A stretch of 64,000 nucleotides of DNA from Squalus acanthias (Eukaryota): NCBI GenBank assembly GCA_030390025.1, contig CM059431.1, positions 118,112,001-118,176,000 of the forward strand, given 5' to 3'. Of this stretch, positions 34,581-48,212 are shown piece by piece; position 1 is the first letter of the stretch, and every line of letters begins with the position of its first letter. The notes beneath the pieces are model-generated. The model did not search any database, had not been told where the DNA came from, and saw only the letters and a list, made by a program, of their open reading frames with translations. The position numbers and the translations under genes are program-made.

Positions 34581-36188
34581 TGTAAAGTTTCACAATTATC
34601 GCGATTCAAAATAACATAAGAGAAGCAGATTCGTTTGATCAGTTTTATTAAACGAAATGCTGTCCTGATAATAAAGGATACAGAAGCCTGTAAAATGGCC
34701 ACCGCGCATCGTGGCAGAAGCTTCCAGAAACACAGTGGGCAGGCAAAATGGCGTCGAATATACATTCAGTATAAGATTGGATCATACTCAGTAAACACTG
34801 ATAAAGACAGGATGCAACCCGTTTGCATTTGGAACAATAGCAAAGATATAAGTGCTGGAATCGTTTTCCTATGCACAGTAAGGATCATTGTACTGGGCAA
34901 TCAAAGGCCCATCCAGACACATCAATACACAAATACCCCCCCGGCTCTACAATGAGAGAGACATTGACGAGTGATTAAGCAAGTATTCGGGGGGCCCCAA
35001 AACCAGTCGAGGAGACGATTCATACACATCCTGGCTGACTCTACAATGGGGAAAACATTAACGGATAGTTGGCCAGTTTCAGGCGCCACCGAAACCCGTT
35101 AAAGAAGATAATCGCCCCATGCTGGGAGTTTTGAGCGCCAAATATTACACAAAGGACAAACATTAAGATTTGAGCGGGAGATAAGTGGACACAGCACTAT
35201 AACTATAGAGAACAAATGTCCATCGCTCTATTATCCTCTGGTACCGCTCTCCTGGACAGGCAGCCTCTTGATTTTCTCTCTGGACTTTGTTGACTCTTGA
35301 CTCTTAGCCGTACTGGTCGGTTATTCGAGTGTTGGGTGGAGCTCAATCGGTACGAGCCGCCCCGACAAGGGCAAGTAACAGGGTGCACCATCCCGAGTGT
35401 CGGTAAGCGGTGTCTGGACCCGGAGGCCCGAGGAGACGAGATGAGAAGAAGACGAGAAGAAATTCCACGTGCCGCCACGGTCAGTAAACCCCGACCGCGC
35501 CCGAAAATATAAATACAGGACTTTTCTTTGAGTCCTACCGACTACAACCTGTGTCGAACACAGGAAGACTCTTCTTTGAATTGTATCCGAGTTCCGTCGA
35601 GTTCTTCATGACAACAGGGAGTCTGGCCTGCTTTCGCAGCAGCGAAAGTAAACAAGTGGGGTGCAGAAACCCTTCCAAACACGTGACAGTCAGGTGCTGC
35701 AGCGAAACGAGCTGAGTGCCTCACTTTAAAATCTCCGAAGTAAAACGAGTGGTGAGCATGATTTCCGATCCTACGAATCCAGACGTAGTGTAGGTAGTGT
35801 TAAGGGAGGGTGGTTTTAATAAGGTTAAGATATAATGTGTTCCCCTTTTTACGATGTGCCGTATGTTCTCCATTTCCATAGACCAAGCTTTATGAATGTA
35901 TGTATACTTGTACTCTCTTTGATTTGCGCCTATGACATGTATTTCATGATTTTAGACGCCATGCAATAAAGATTTCCATTTTGTGCTATTCAACCGGGTC
36001 GATTTGAGTTTTTGTCTGCATTACTGCTCCCTGCACCTAAGTCCAGTGTTAGAACCGTAAGGGCGAGTGGGTCGAACCACTCACAGGTGCTTATTGCAAA
36101 AAGGCTGGCCGGAGACCAGAGCAAGCAATAGTATAGGCAACGAAGGCCTAACCTCGCACCAGCACCGTCTGAGACACGCCCCCTTACA
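34581..36188 (+). mobile_element. Solo LTR family B (1608 bp)
   Basis: TGTAAAG...CCCTTACA; TSD ACAG; AATAAA ~35965; empty site visible in paralog ~60400; homologous to 40786-42423. Confidence 0.85.
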
Positions 36189-36585
36189 ACAGTCCAAATG
36201 CTTAAATCCAAACTTAACTGAAAGATGTGTGTGTCCCGTTAAGAAGCACTGACAGCATCTCTCCAGGGCTGCTTCACGCATGCATTTCAGAAACTTATAT
36301 GTTTCAATGAGATCACCTTTCTTTCTTCTAAACTTCAGCGAGTATCGGTCCAATCTACTCAATCTCTCTTAATAGGACGACCCTCTCATCCCAGTTCCTA
36401 CTCCTGTTCCTATTTTCCTATGTTGCACTGCAGACATGTGATATAAGTGAACCAAATTCATATTTACCTCCGATTGGGAATTAAAGATGAATTGAGAAAG
36501 CTACAGCACTATCAATTGATATCTATTTGCATACTTGATTTAACTGATACGGGGACAGAGAGCTGAGCACAGCACACAGGGCACT

Positions 36586-37328
36586 TACACTGGATTTTCC
36601 CGTGTACACCCCGCACGGTGCAGGGGGACCCGGGAGACGGCGGGAAACCCGGAAGGTCGGATTTCCCAGCACAGCATGCGTGTGACAGAAAGGGCGGGTT
36701 CCCCTCCTGGAAGTCAGCCTGATTGACAGGCTGGCTTCTAGTCTTGTGGGGAACACAGAGAAGGAGGCCGCAGCAACAGGTAAGTGCTGGGCCCAGGATG
36801 GTTGTGGGGCGGGGTTGTAAGCTGTGGGGGGGAGGTGGTGGTTCTGATTTCCTGGGGGGGTCCGATCCCCGACCCCAGGGCTGAGTCGCGATCCCGGGTG
36901 GGGGCAGTTGTTCCAGGCTGGGGAGTTCCGATCCCAGAGGGGGTCTGAACCCCGACCCCAGGGGGGGTGCAGGCTGCTGGTTGGGGAGCTTGGGGGGCTG
37001 GGAAGAAGCACTCCTTCTCCTCTCGGCCCACAAGGATGAGGCCGCCTCGTTACAGCTACTCGGAATCCTGAGCCCCAGGATCCCCAGCTGCCTGCAGTAA
37101 AACCTGCAGGAAAGTAGAGGCTTCAGGCCTCATTATAATATTTAAATTGCCAACCCGCCTCCTGGCAGCGGGTTGGCAGCCTGTTCCCCCCAGACCCTGC
37201 CTGAGTGAAAGGTGAAAGTGGGCGGGTTGGAGACGGGTTGGGGTCGGGTTTTACATTTTTACAACTTTCACTTCCCCCCCCCCCCCACACCTCCAACCCA
37301 CCCATTCTTACCTCTGAAAATTACGGCC
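36586..37328. mobile_element. Decayed Harbinger-like MITE related to 1111-7790
   Basis: Right end GAAAATTACGGCC; shares GCCTCATTATAATATTTAAATTG and CTCCAA.CCCACCC blocks with 7600-7790. Confidence 0.55.
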
Positions 37329-37943
37329 AGAGTAAGCTTGTAAATTTGATTTCAGCACTCACTGCCAAGCTGCTTATCTCAGTCATGCTGGTGTGGGGGT
37401 GATACAAAGCAGCGAAAGGAAACTTTGAGGAAGATTTCTAGTGATGCCACGATGATGTATCTGCCAACAGCCAGCTGAAGAGCAGTGTTAACAGAGGTCT
37501 GGCAGCAGATTAGCCACCTTTCATCTTGGCCATAGTGGGCACAAGGCCTGGCAAGATTTGTACAAGAGAAAAGGAACTGGAAAAAAATGAAGGGAGTGAA
37601 GTTTCTCCTGTTAATAATCTTAGGAAAAAGTTAAATGTCAGTACTAAGTGGGATTTCTCATTTTGTCCTCACCCTGACGTGAGGCTGAAATGTTGTCCTC
37701 TCTGCTAGTGGAGCAGGCATATGCAGGGCACTGAGAGAGAGGAAAGCAAGGAATTTCTTCCTTGAACCAGTTTTTGGAACAGCCCCAGGTTTTCCATCTG
37801 CTGTGCTGAGGATACAAGAGGCTTGTGAAGCTCTATGATTATTATATACATGTGGGACGTCCTGGGGACATGTCTGTGGCCCCAAGAAATTGTGCTGCTT
37901 TGTGCCATTGGCACAACTTCATCCAGGTGCACCACAAACACTT

Positions 37944-40668
37944 GGGCCACGATTTTCTCATCGGTGTCGGGATGGGGGCGGGTCAGCTAGTTTCAGGGTT
38001 CCAGTCCCGTCCCCAGCTGCCTCTCTCTGCAGACGTGATTTTCCCTTGATTGGCCTTGTTAAGCCCGCCCTGCGGGCTCACTGGTCAATTAACAGGAAGC
38101 GGGTCTGATGACGTCATTTGATGATGTGTCATCTGCTGGTTTCCTTAAAGGGACCATGCACAATTTTATTTTGACAATTGATTTTTCAGTGTTTGACAGC
38201 ATTGAGGTGCTGAAAACACTGACAGTCATTGCACAAAGGTGAACTCTTGCACCCAGGCTCTCCGATGACTCCCTCCATATGCTTATGGAGGGAGTCACAG
38301 TAAGCAGGGAGGTTTTCTTCCCTTCCAAGGGTGGAAGAGAGCTGCCCAGGACACCAACGCAACCTGGCACACCACCCAACCCTCTCTATCTACTTTATCA
38401 CTCCCCCATCTTACTAGCCACCCCTCACACTCACCCTCATTCTACTGCAAGCATACCAACTAACAACACACATGGGTAGGCACTTGAGAGGTTTAGCCAA
38501 TGTCCATGTGAAGTTTCTGGTAATGTGTTGTCATACAGTGAAATCTCTTTTTCAAGCAGTGCCCCTAATTGGTCAGATCTGAGCACACATTGATAAGTGT
38601 CTTACTGAGTTCCAGTGATTGTTCAGTCATTACTCCCCACCACCCCACCCCGCCTCCCACCCCGCTGTAGTGATGTGTGTGCATGGAATGGCTTAGACAT
38701 TAAAGGGATGCTTCACAGTGCTGGTGTGGGATGGTGTCAACTTGGCACATCATGTGGCAGCCAGGGTTTACAGCACCAAGTGAAGAAAGTCTGGCCATGT
38801 TGATGCCATCGCTGGCCTCATGGTCAGAAATGTTGTCAGGGGCTGATGCCCTGTGTCCAGTGCAGCATCAGGTGATGGCCGCAAAGGTTGGCGATGAGGT
38901 TGGTGATGTTGGTGTTGGGGATGATTGTGGAAGTGTGAAGGAATAAGCCATATAACCTATTCAGAAAAATACACTATCTTATGAAAGAATTCTGGCCTTA
39001 TTAAAACATGTCAAACTGGGTTTGGAAATTTAGAAACCTAACTATTAAATAGCTATGAAAGAATTCTGGCTATTGAGATAAGACAGTTATTGACCCTGAA
39101 TAAATAACCTTATTGAAACAGAAGGTGCATGGCTCCGACAAGCTGACCTTTTGGGAACAAAACAATGGTTCACCCTGGATAAGGCATTCTAATTTAAACT
39201 TCGTAAAGGTGGCACATAAGATAAGGAACATCTGCCCTCGTAAAGATGACATAAAATAAGAAACACCTGCCGTTCACATCGTTTCTATATGGTCAACCCA
39301 GAACACCTGGAGATGAGACAAGATTCTGGCTGATGTGGCAGTAAGAGTTGCAAAGGTCGGCAGAAAGATGAATAGAGATAATTAACTTGCATCAGCAGAA
39401 AACCTTAAAGGAAATACCACTGGAAAAGGGTATAAATATTGAACTCTCAAATGGGATATGAGACTCGCTTTAATCGGGCAAAGCGATTCTCGGCTTCAGA
39501 GGTGGCTCTGTAGTCTACCACTCTTTGTACCTCGGGGATCAAAGGTATTTTGATATTGATGGATATCCTGTATAAGAAACCTTTAAGAACTGTAATACTG
39601 TAGCGAAGTTAAGATTTAAAAGTAAGATTCTCTGTTAAAAAGATCGTATGTTTTCTCTTTTTAGAACTGTTAAAGTTGTGATTGACTTATTCATCAACTG
39701 TAAATTGCATGTCGGTTCTTTCATAAATCTCTATATATTTTTAGAATTGTCTCACAAGTCTTCTGTATTAAAAACTTGCGAACTCAATCTCTGTACACTC
39801 TTTGGTGGAGAGTTACATTTCTAGGGGAGTTTTCCGGACCCTCATTATATCCGGGACGTTACAGTCTAGGTAAGCTTATTAAAAGCACTATCTGGAGGAT
39901 GGTAACATTCTCGGGTTGTTCCTTTCCTTTAGGGAGAGATAGCCCAGACCTTTAGACCCAGTTAAGCATCTTTAGGATTCGGCTACCTCAACCTTTAGTT
40001 GAAAGTGAAAGTCTGCGAAATACGCCTGATCCGGGGTAGCCCTAAAGGATCTAGGACTAGTAATTATCCCTTCAGAAGGATTCGGAGGACCAAGGTCTGA
40101 TTGTTTCATTGGCTCCGATGTTGCTGGAATAGATGGCAGCTGCAGGTGAGATGACAGAAGCGATCTGTCACTGGTGAGAGAGGTTGTTCCAATGAGGTGG
40201 CACTGGACATACAGTTGGATTTAAGAACTTGTAAGCTAAAAAAATCTGTATATGTTTTAAAAATGCAGTAACTAACATTTTCTTTGCTCTGAAACTCACC
40301 ATGTGCAACATTGCATCCTTGACACTACTTCTGCAGCTGTCATCTTTTCACAAACATCAGACCAGACTCACAACACGCCACACTTGCCTGGCGTGTTGTC
40401 CGGACATCATAAAACCTGCCCCAGAAGCTGGAAAATCGAAAAAGACCCTGAAAATTGCTCACAAGTACCTGTTAATAGGCAGTTAATTGCCTTTAATCTG
40501 TTTCCCGCTGCTAGGTGTCGGGTCCATTCGCAAATTGGGGACCCGACACTTGGGAAGGTTGTGTGGAGGCGGGATGACGGCAGGTGCGGAACCCGCCCTC
40601 AATCAAAATGACTTTAACCTCTGACCCGCTTCCAAACCCGCCCTCTGAGCGCCGGCAAAATCGCGGCC
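37944..40668. mobile_element. Decayed Harbinger derivative containing a solo LTR
   Basis: TIR-like GGGCCACGATTTT / AAAATCGCGGCC; colinear with 30155-31685. Confidence 0.72.
38934..40074 (+). mobile_element. Solo LTR family A (1141 bp)
   Basis: TGTGAAGG...CCCTTCA; TSD GAAG; TATAAA ~39431; homologous to 10093-11489. Confidence 0.88.
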
Positions 40669-40785
40669 TTAGAGTAGAGGCCAAGCATCCCTGCTCAGCA
40701 GCCAGTCAAAACATTTAAAGGTGCACTGCTTGACCTTAGATCCGAGTTTGCTGATCTGGTTTTCTGTTTTATCAGATCGGCCACC

Positions 40786-42423
40786 TGTAAGGGGTTTCGT
40801 GGCCTGTGATTCTTTGCTTGCTCTGGTCTCCGGCTAGACCTCTTGCAATAATCACCCGTGAGTGGTTCGACCCACTCGCCCTTACGGTTCTGACACCTGG
40901 ACTTAGATGCAAAGGAGCAGTAATGCAGAGAAGGACTCAAATAGACCTGGTTGAATAACACGAAATGAATGCCTTTATTGTACGGTGTCCAAAATAATGA
41001 AATACATGTCATATGCGCAGATCAAAGAAATTACAAGTATATACACGTCCATAAATCTTGTTCTATACAAACGGGGAACATACGGCACATCGTAAAGGGG
41101 ATAACACATTACAAATTACCCTTAAAAGCCACCCTCCCCTATAATAACTAAACTAAGTCTGGATTTGTAGGATCGGGAAACATGCTCACCACTCGGGTTA
41201 TTTCGGAATTTAAAATGAGGCTCGCAGCTTTTCGTTGCAGCCCCTGGCTGCCACGTGGCTGTGGGAGCTTCTGAGCACGACTTGTTTACTCTCGCTGCCG
41301 CGATGGACCCACTCGGGTCAGCCATGATGAACGTTCATTGCGGATGGCCCAGGCTATTCGCTCAAATAACCAGAAGAAAAGGCTTGTCTTTCCTGATGTC
41401 ATGAAATATTCTGTAGGATTCAAAGAGTGGGTTTGAACCTACTTCGTCGTTTATCTTCGGGCGCGGTCGGGGTTTGACTGACCGTGCCGGCTCCTACGTG
41501 GAATTCTTCTCATCGCTCGGGCCTTGTTTGGCCGAAGTTCCTGCCTTCTTGACTGACAGTGGCTGGTCGTTCGGGAACACACCGCTGCGTTGCCCTGATG
41601 GATCCGGACACCGATTACCGACGATCGGGACGGTGTACCCTGCTGCCTGCCGTGTCGAGGTGGCTCGTCCTGAGGTTCCGCTCCTGGCCGAATGTGAGCC
41701 TCTGCCCAAAACGATCAACAACAACCAACCAACCAACCGACGCTGATGGACATTCTTCTTCTATAGTTATACTGTTGGAACGGGCCTTATCTCCCGCCCA
41801 AATCAAGATGCTGTCTTTTGTTTAATTTTGGCGCCCAAAGTTCTCGGTATGGGGTAATTGTCTCTTCAACTGGTTTCGGGATCAGTCGAAAACTGGCCCA
41901 ACTACCCGTTAATGTCTTACTCATTGTTGGGCTGGGTGGAATTTGTATAATTGTCTCCTCAACTGGTTTCGGGATCACTCGAAACTGGCCCAACCACCCG
42001 TTAATGTCTTTCTCATTGTTGGGCTGGGTGGAATTTGTATAATGATGTGTCTGGATGGGCCCCAACCGTCCGGTGCAACGACTCCTCACCGTGCATTTAA
42101 AAGGAGTCAAGCACGTAGTTTATTGTTCTGTCCAAAACGTAAATGGGTTGCATACTGCCTTCCCAATCTGTACTGTGCATGATCTCATTATAAATGTATT
42201 TTCAGTGCCTTCTTGTCTGAGCCACTGCGACTGGTTTTTGCGGGTTTTTTACTGCAGTGGCTGAGTGCTCACCATGTTCTGGAAAGCCTGTCACGATGCT
42301 CAGCGGCCATTTTACAAGGCTGCTATACTTTTCTTTAAAGTAGCAGCCTTTCGTTCAATAAAATGTTCAATTAAACTTGCTTCTCTCCTTATTATTAAAA
42401 TCGTGATAATTGCGAAATCTACA
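40786..42423 (-). mobile_element. Solo LTR family B (1638 bp), inverted relative to 34581-36188
   Basis: TGTAAGGGG...ATCTACA; TSD CACC; shared blocks with 34581-36188; internal ~93-bp tandem duplication 41855-42040. Confidence 0.85.
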
Positions 42424-42989
42424 CACCCAATATACACCGCACCCAATTTTCCTTTCCATTGGCTTCAATGGAAAGTTATGATCAAGCCCTATTGTTTCTT
42501 GTGAACTGAAGCTCCATTGTTGGAAAATCACCATCTTTTTGACCATAACGATCAGATGTCAGTGTTATTCAGGCTCTGGTCATTTAGAAAGTGACTCATA
42601 ATGCAGTTACTCGTCAAACTCAAGTATTTTTAATTGAAAAATAAAACTTAAAATGAAAATTCAAGTTAAATGATGGAATTTGGGACAAATTAATGTTGAA
42701 AATGTTGTTACGTAAAATTATCCAATTCAATTCTAAAAAATACATATTATGCACTCATTCTTGCTGTATGAAGATCCTAAATGTACAATAAATGATGTGT
42801 AGCCTCCTAGATTGCAATGAGATGTGATCAGCTATTTTCTTGATGTAAAATCATTGTGTCATAGTACTGTATATTGAACTTCCATATGTCATAAATAACA
42901 GAGTAGAGAGGTTTCTCTGTGTGCTGTGTCTGGTAAAATCAAAAAGGTGATCTTTATAAGTGGGTTTAGAATTTTATTAGTAATAGCAT

Positions 42990-43225
42990 ACAGATGACGT
43001 CTTCCACCCAAGCTCTAATTTTAAGATTGTGCCCCCTTGTTCTGGATTTCAACACTGGAGGAAATAGTTTCTCTGTATCTATTCTATCGAATCCTTTGAT
43101 AATTTTAAACACCTCGATGAGATCACATCTCAAATGTTTAAACTCAAAGGAATACAAGCCAGGTTTATGCAACCTGTATTCATAACTTAACTCTTTAAGC
43201 CCTGGTATCATGTTGGTAAATCTGT
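42990..43225 (-). mobile_element. CR1 ORF2 C-terminal fragment
   Basis: RFTNMIPGLKELSYE...DLIEVFKIIKGFD...TRGHNLKI. Confidence 0.8.
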
Positions 43226-43639
43226 GCTTAACCCACTCCCAGCTCACTCAACATCAATTACTATGTGCACAACCCTAAAACCCTTTTTTTCCAGTTTAAC
43301 ATCCGCATGCCCCCACATCACTTACTTCAGCTCTCCCATGCCACTTGGCACACACTTCATAACTGCTAGCCTTCTCCTTATTTACTCCATCTTATTGCAG
43401 AAGAAAGTGGTGCATAATGTTCGACAGAGGCAGGACACCAGAAGGAGCATCCCCACCATTATCCCCTCACCCTCTATGAGGAGAAGGCAATAACACTCAT
43501 GCAGAGGTACTCTGCTCTTCCGTAGGGAGATCGTGAGGTTGGCGACATATTACCGGTGCCAGTTTATTGATTAAAAACTTCAATGTTGCCCCGACATCCT
43601 TTTGAAACAGCACAAAGACTTAACTTAACACACTTGAAA

Positions 43640-44595
43640 ACAGAAGGCTGGGGGGGTGACCTAATAGAGGTCTTTAAAATTCTGAAAGGTTTTGATAAAT
43701 TGGATACAGAGAGAATGTTTCCAATTGTGGGGAAGAGCATAACTAGAGGCCATCAATATAAGATAGTCACCAAGAATTCCAATAGGGAATTCAGAAGAAA
43801 CTTCTTTACTCAAAGAGTGGTGAGAATGTGGAACTCATTACCACGGGGTGTGGTTGAAGCGAAAAGTATAGATGCATTTAAGGGGAGGCTAGACAAGCAT
43901 ATGAGGGAGAAGGGAATAGAGGGTTATGCTGATAGATTTAGATGAGGAAAGATGGGAGGAGACTCGAGTGGAGCATAAACACCAGTGAAAGGGTTAATTT
44001 GAACTCATGTTAAATTAAACTCTCTTAGCTGTAAAGGGAATGGGAGTTATGTACGAAATAGAATAAGGAGCAACCAGGTGGATGATAAGGAGTGGCTGCC
44101 TAGCTCCATTCAAGGACAGCATACAATGAGCAACTGTAGAGAAATACAATGGACAAGTATGGGAATGAGATGAGACCCAGCACCCAGGCAAGACACAGAA
44201 TGTGGTACAATGTGGTTCGCAATTGGCATTGCTTGCAGCATATATATATATTAAAGATTGTTTTTAGTTTGTAGCTGACAGAGATAAGAAATATAACGAA
44301 TTAACCGTTTTAGTCTGACTGACATAATTGTAATCATGTGATATTTTGTAACAATGTGATTGGATAATTCTTAAATAAAAGGTTGTACTGACAAAGGGAG
44401 GTTGAGAAGCCGTGGTCAGTAGACTGGGTGAGGTCTATGACGCTTCTCCCAGAGATCTCTGAACATTAATAAACTGTTTTGCTTTTACCTATCAACACAG
44501 ACTGGAGTGAATTAATTTCTCCCCAACACTAGCATAGACTGGTTGGGCCGAATGGCCTGTTTCTGTGTCGTATATCCCATGTAATCCTATGTAAA
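43640..44595 (+). mobile_element. CR1 3' fragment interrupted by solo LTR
   Basis: GDLIEVFKILKG...RNFFTQRVVRMWNSLP; tail resumes at 44533. Confidence 0.85.
43986..44528 (+). mobile_element. Solo LTR family C (543 bp)
   Basis: TGAAAGGG...CCCCAACA; flanks CCAG/CTAG (4-bp TSD, 1 mismatch); AATAAA ~44468; interrupts a CR1 tail cleanly. Confidence 0.78.
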
Positions 44596-47500
44596 CCCTT
44601 CTCTGACTTTTTGATCTCAAAGGGGTAATGCTCACTCATTTTTTAATTCTGCCCTCTTTTCCTGCAGATCACAACAACAGGGACAGAGGAGAAGGGAGAT
44701 GATGATGATGATGAGAAGAAGGAGCATGAGGAAAGAGATTCATTTCTGGTCAATTATTACAACGTTGATGAGGAAGAGGATGATAAGGTCCAGGCCGCCC
44801 AGCAGTCCCTGCAGCACAACCTTGCCCCATGGTCATCTGCCGCAATCCCCTCCAATCACTACCTGTGGCATTTGCTTTCTCATTCCAGGCACCAGCTCAG
44901 ATACTTTCACCTGGGGGCAGTTAGGTAGCGTTACTGAGGTTGTGGCACTGGGTGATTCACAACGGAATTGGAGGTGTGGAGAGTGGGTAAAGAAGTGCCA
45001 TTGAAGATTGAGGAGCAGGTTGTCTTGGGCTTTGGAATCGTGGGAACAAGAATTCATGGGCACTCACCTAAAAAGAAGGAATATCACACCTATATGCAGG
45101 TTCTGAGGTCAATCTCCAAGGATGTGTGATAACTGATAGGTGTGACTGTTGAGTCTACAGCTGTCCTTATGGCAGCGTCACGGAAGCTTGTCTTTGTTGC
45201 AGGAACCAATGGAGCAAGCGGCAGCTTCACTGTAATCTGTAGCAGATCTCCAGCTAAGAGATGGCCAGAGACCAGTCTGTACCTCCACCTCCATGGAAGC
45301 AACTGGCTTCGGCTCAGGAGGCTTTAAGGGACATAACAGAGCGCAGCATGCCAAGCAGATTCCAGACCTGTTATGTCCAATGTAGACTGTGCTCTACAGA
45401 AAAGAAAACTTTATGAGATGTACTTCAACATCTCTTGCAATAAATGCTGCTTGAATCTTCTTTGCTCCAACCTGTGCTGCTGTTCCTCCTCCTCCATGAC
45501 AATGGTCCGGATTTTGATGTCAGTGGGGAAGGAACGACACTCGCCGTTCACCTCACTGACAGCTGCCCACAGAGTTTTTGAAGCTTCTCAGCATAGATTT
45601 CCTCTAATGCAGTGTCTGATCCAGTGGGGCGCCCTCTACAGGGGAGCTGTGGTGTGTGTGAGCAGGTAAAGCAACAGCGTCGCTCTTCAACCAATCAGAT
45701 TGAAGAATCCTCACTGAGATACACAGGAGTTTATTTTGGCCAAAGGGTGAAAACAGGTGCCAAATGGGTGCTGTGCTAATAAGACATGCCTGTTTGAAAG
45801 TTTGGTTTTTGCCTGCAATTTTGGTCCTAATTGCTGAATACCATAATTTGAACTTACCTGGAGGTGCTAAACCAGAGACACCTGCAGGTTTAGCACTCAA
45901 GTGCTGATTAGATGCAATTTTTGTGGAGCAGTATATGTGGGCTCCTCGCACCCACTTCCACTGAAGGTGTGGAGTATGCTAGCTGACACACAGCGGCATG
46001 TGTAAGAATGGCTCAGGGACCAAGAGAGAGGGTACACAGGTTCTAGGTCGCGGCACTAGAGGTCCTGGTGGAGGAGATCCAGAGGAGGAGGGATGTCCGA
46101 TACCCACAGGGAGAAAGGAGTCCACCGCGCCCATCATATCCCTCCTGTCTCTCTCTCCTCCAGCATCTGGTGCTGCTCTGCCTGACCTCATGTCATCCTC
46201 ACATTCTACGTCCAGACCAAGGGGGACCCATATCAAGATGCCCATGACCAAGCATGCCCTTTCTCCTGGTGAGGCCTATAAAGTGTCCAATAAGGTAGAG
46301 TAGTGCAGCACTTACTCTCTTTAGGTGAAGTCCTCAGAGAATTTCCAGAATAAATGTTGATAGAATGTTGGTGAAGTCTTGACAAAGTGTCCCAGAAAGT
46401 CTCCCGATCTGTTTCCGAAGTCCTCTTCAAAGCTCCAGCAGCAAGTGAACAGTGAAAGGTGATATAACCTTAAGTAGCGCCTTGAAATCCTCAGCAACGG
46501 CTTGTTTACTCCCAAACAACTGGTCGCCGTTAGGAGAGGATGTTAGGACAAGCGCTAGCCACCAAAATGCCATGCAGCCTCTTTAATGAGCACTAGCAGG
46601 CAATTTAAGTATCAATTAGCCCCTTAATGAGCCTTCGGCCAGCCGTTCCTCGCACACGCGTCAACTCCAAGATGGCACCTTGCGCAAAACGCTGGCTAAA
46701 CTGGCGTTTCAACTCAAGACACCATCTTGGCCACCTCGGACACTCTTTAGCACCGAAAGTATCTGGGAAAATTCACCCCTGTAGATTCTAAACTAGGAAG
46801 TATAAAACAGGAAGTATAAATTAGATTTATAGCAAGAAGGCAAAATATAGATGGGGAAAAGCAGATGGGATTAAAAAAGAAAGATATACGAGGCAGACAG
46901 AAAATTAAAAACAAAATTATTATTTTAAAATCTCCAGCACTGATTAACTTCTGAAGGAATGAGATTCCACATTTGTAAAATTAAATTTTCAGGGCCAGAG
47001 AGGTTGTTTGGCAGTAATTATCATTATCGTGCTATTAAAAATTCACTTACTCCTAAATGCACCAGCCCTAATTCTTTTTGGCATCTTTAGTGAGGAACTA
47101 GTGGGCAACAACCCCAACTTCACGCCATTACAGTGATTTCAGTGCCAATTCTATTGGTGAGGACTGTTACAACGCAGCCTGTGGAGGAGCGGGGTATCTC
47201 TGTCAGCAACTTCTGGATTTCTGCATTTAGCTGCGCACCTGCGTACTTCAGAAGTTGCTGTCCTATTTATTCCATTATAATGGTGAGCGCTGTTACCCTC
47301 ACCGTTATTTACATTGCAAAATACGGGCCATTGACATACAAAGGTAAGCCCAAAGGGAATGATCTACCTGCTGCTAAGAAACCTTCACTGTGCAAAGGGG
47401 TTGGGGGAGGTCTGAAAATCTGCCTGTGGTCCAACCCTGTGGTAAGCAGAGAGATACAAGTCCAGGTTCTATGTAGGCAGAACGACAAAAAAATCATTGT

Positions 47501-48212
47501 AAAAAGTGTTTCTCAGCTGCAGAAATCGCTATTCAAAATCTCCAGACTCTTCTGTGTCAGAAGATCCTCACTTCCACTTGTATCAGCTCATCCTGGCATC
47601 TTCTTCAGCTCATATTTGTCAGTTAACTTACTCAGCGTGCTGTAGGAGTGTAAAACCAGGAAATTCAGCTGTGCCACTAGCCCTTATTTTGATATATGTA
47701 AGTGAGGTCAATCGGGACTCCAAGGACGAATCATGGGAAAGTTTAAAATGTGCAAAAGAAGTCAGAAGAAAGTTTTAATGGCGGAAAGCCAGGGGAAATC
47801 AGCCCCACAGCCCTTACCAAAAAGTTTGGAACGCAACATTCAACCACCAACAAAAGAAACATAGGATTTTATTCAACATGTAACAAACATGCAGGAAAAT
47901 GCACAAGCTCTGAGGACTGTCAGCACTCTAATGCCAGTGTAAACTAATTTCAAATAAATGGTTTAATGCCAGAGTTACTACCGATCGGGAAATCTACTGA
48001 AACAACTCGTTTCTTCCTTTTGGGATTGTCTTATAGTCAGCTCTTACTGCAAACACTTACACAAGTTTTCACTTTTTTATGGTTACATTTTTTGTCATCT
48101 TCATCCCCTGGCATTTTCATCACAGAGGTGCTTAGGCAGGCTAAAGAAAAGACCTGCTCCAGTCAACTCCAATGATGTCATGCTGTGATCTTGTTTATGA
48201 TTGCTCACAAGT

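Larger units (their letters stand above)
31835..36255. mobile_element. Myb-retaining, transposase-deleted Harbinger derivative with nested MITE and LTR
   Basis: Left end GGCCTAGAAATT; WDQITKAV...TWLQCPKKLHDL remnant (32337-32726); colinear with ~58815-60480. Confidence 0.72.
43225..46779. mobile_element. Heavily decayed Harbinger-derived region with nested CR1 and LTR
   Basis: TGCAG|AAGAAAGTGGTGCATAAT resembles the start of Myb exon 2; acidic tract at ~44690-44780; right end AAAATTCACCCC; left boundary uncertain and may be more than one element. Confidence 0.4.

Noticed and set aside
41829..41838. TGGCGCCCAA as a tRNA-Lys primer-binding site
   Set aside because: Only 10 nt match, it is inside the LTR and antisense to it, and it is altered in the other copy
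34581..42423. Inverted family-B LTR pair as termini of one DIRS-like or composite element
   Set aside because: Each has its own distinct 4-bp TSD (ACAG, CACC) and they are substantially diverged, so they are independent solo LTRs
47133..47947. ORFs of 170, 90 and 65 aa in apparently low-copy sequence
   Set aside because: No recognisable domain, partly overlapping a MITE-like end, and no consistent exon structure
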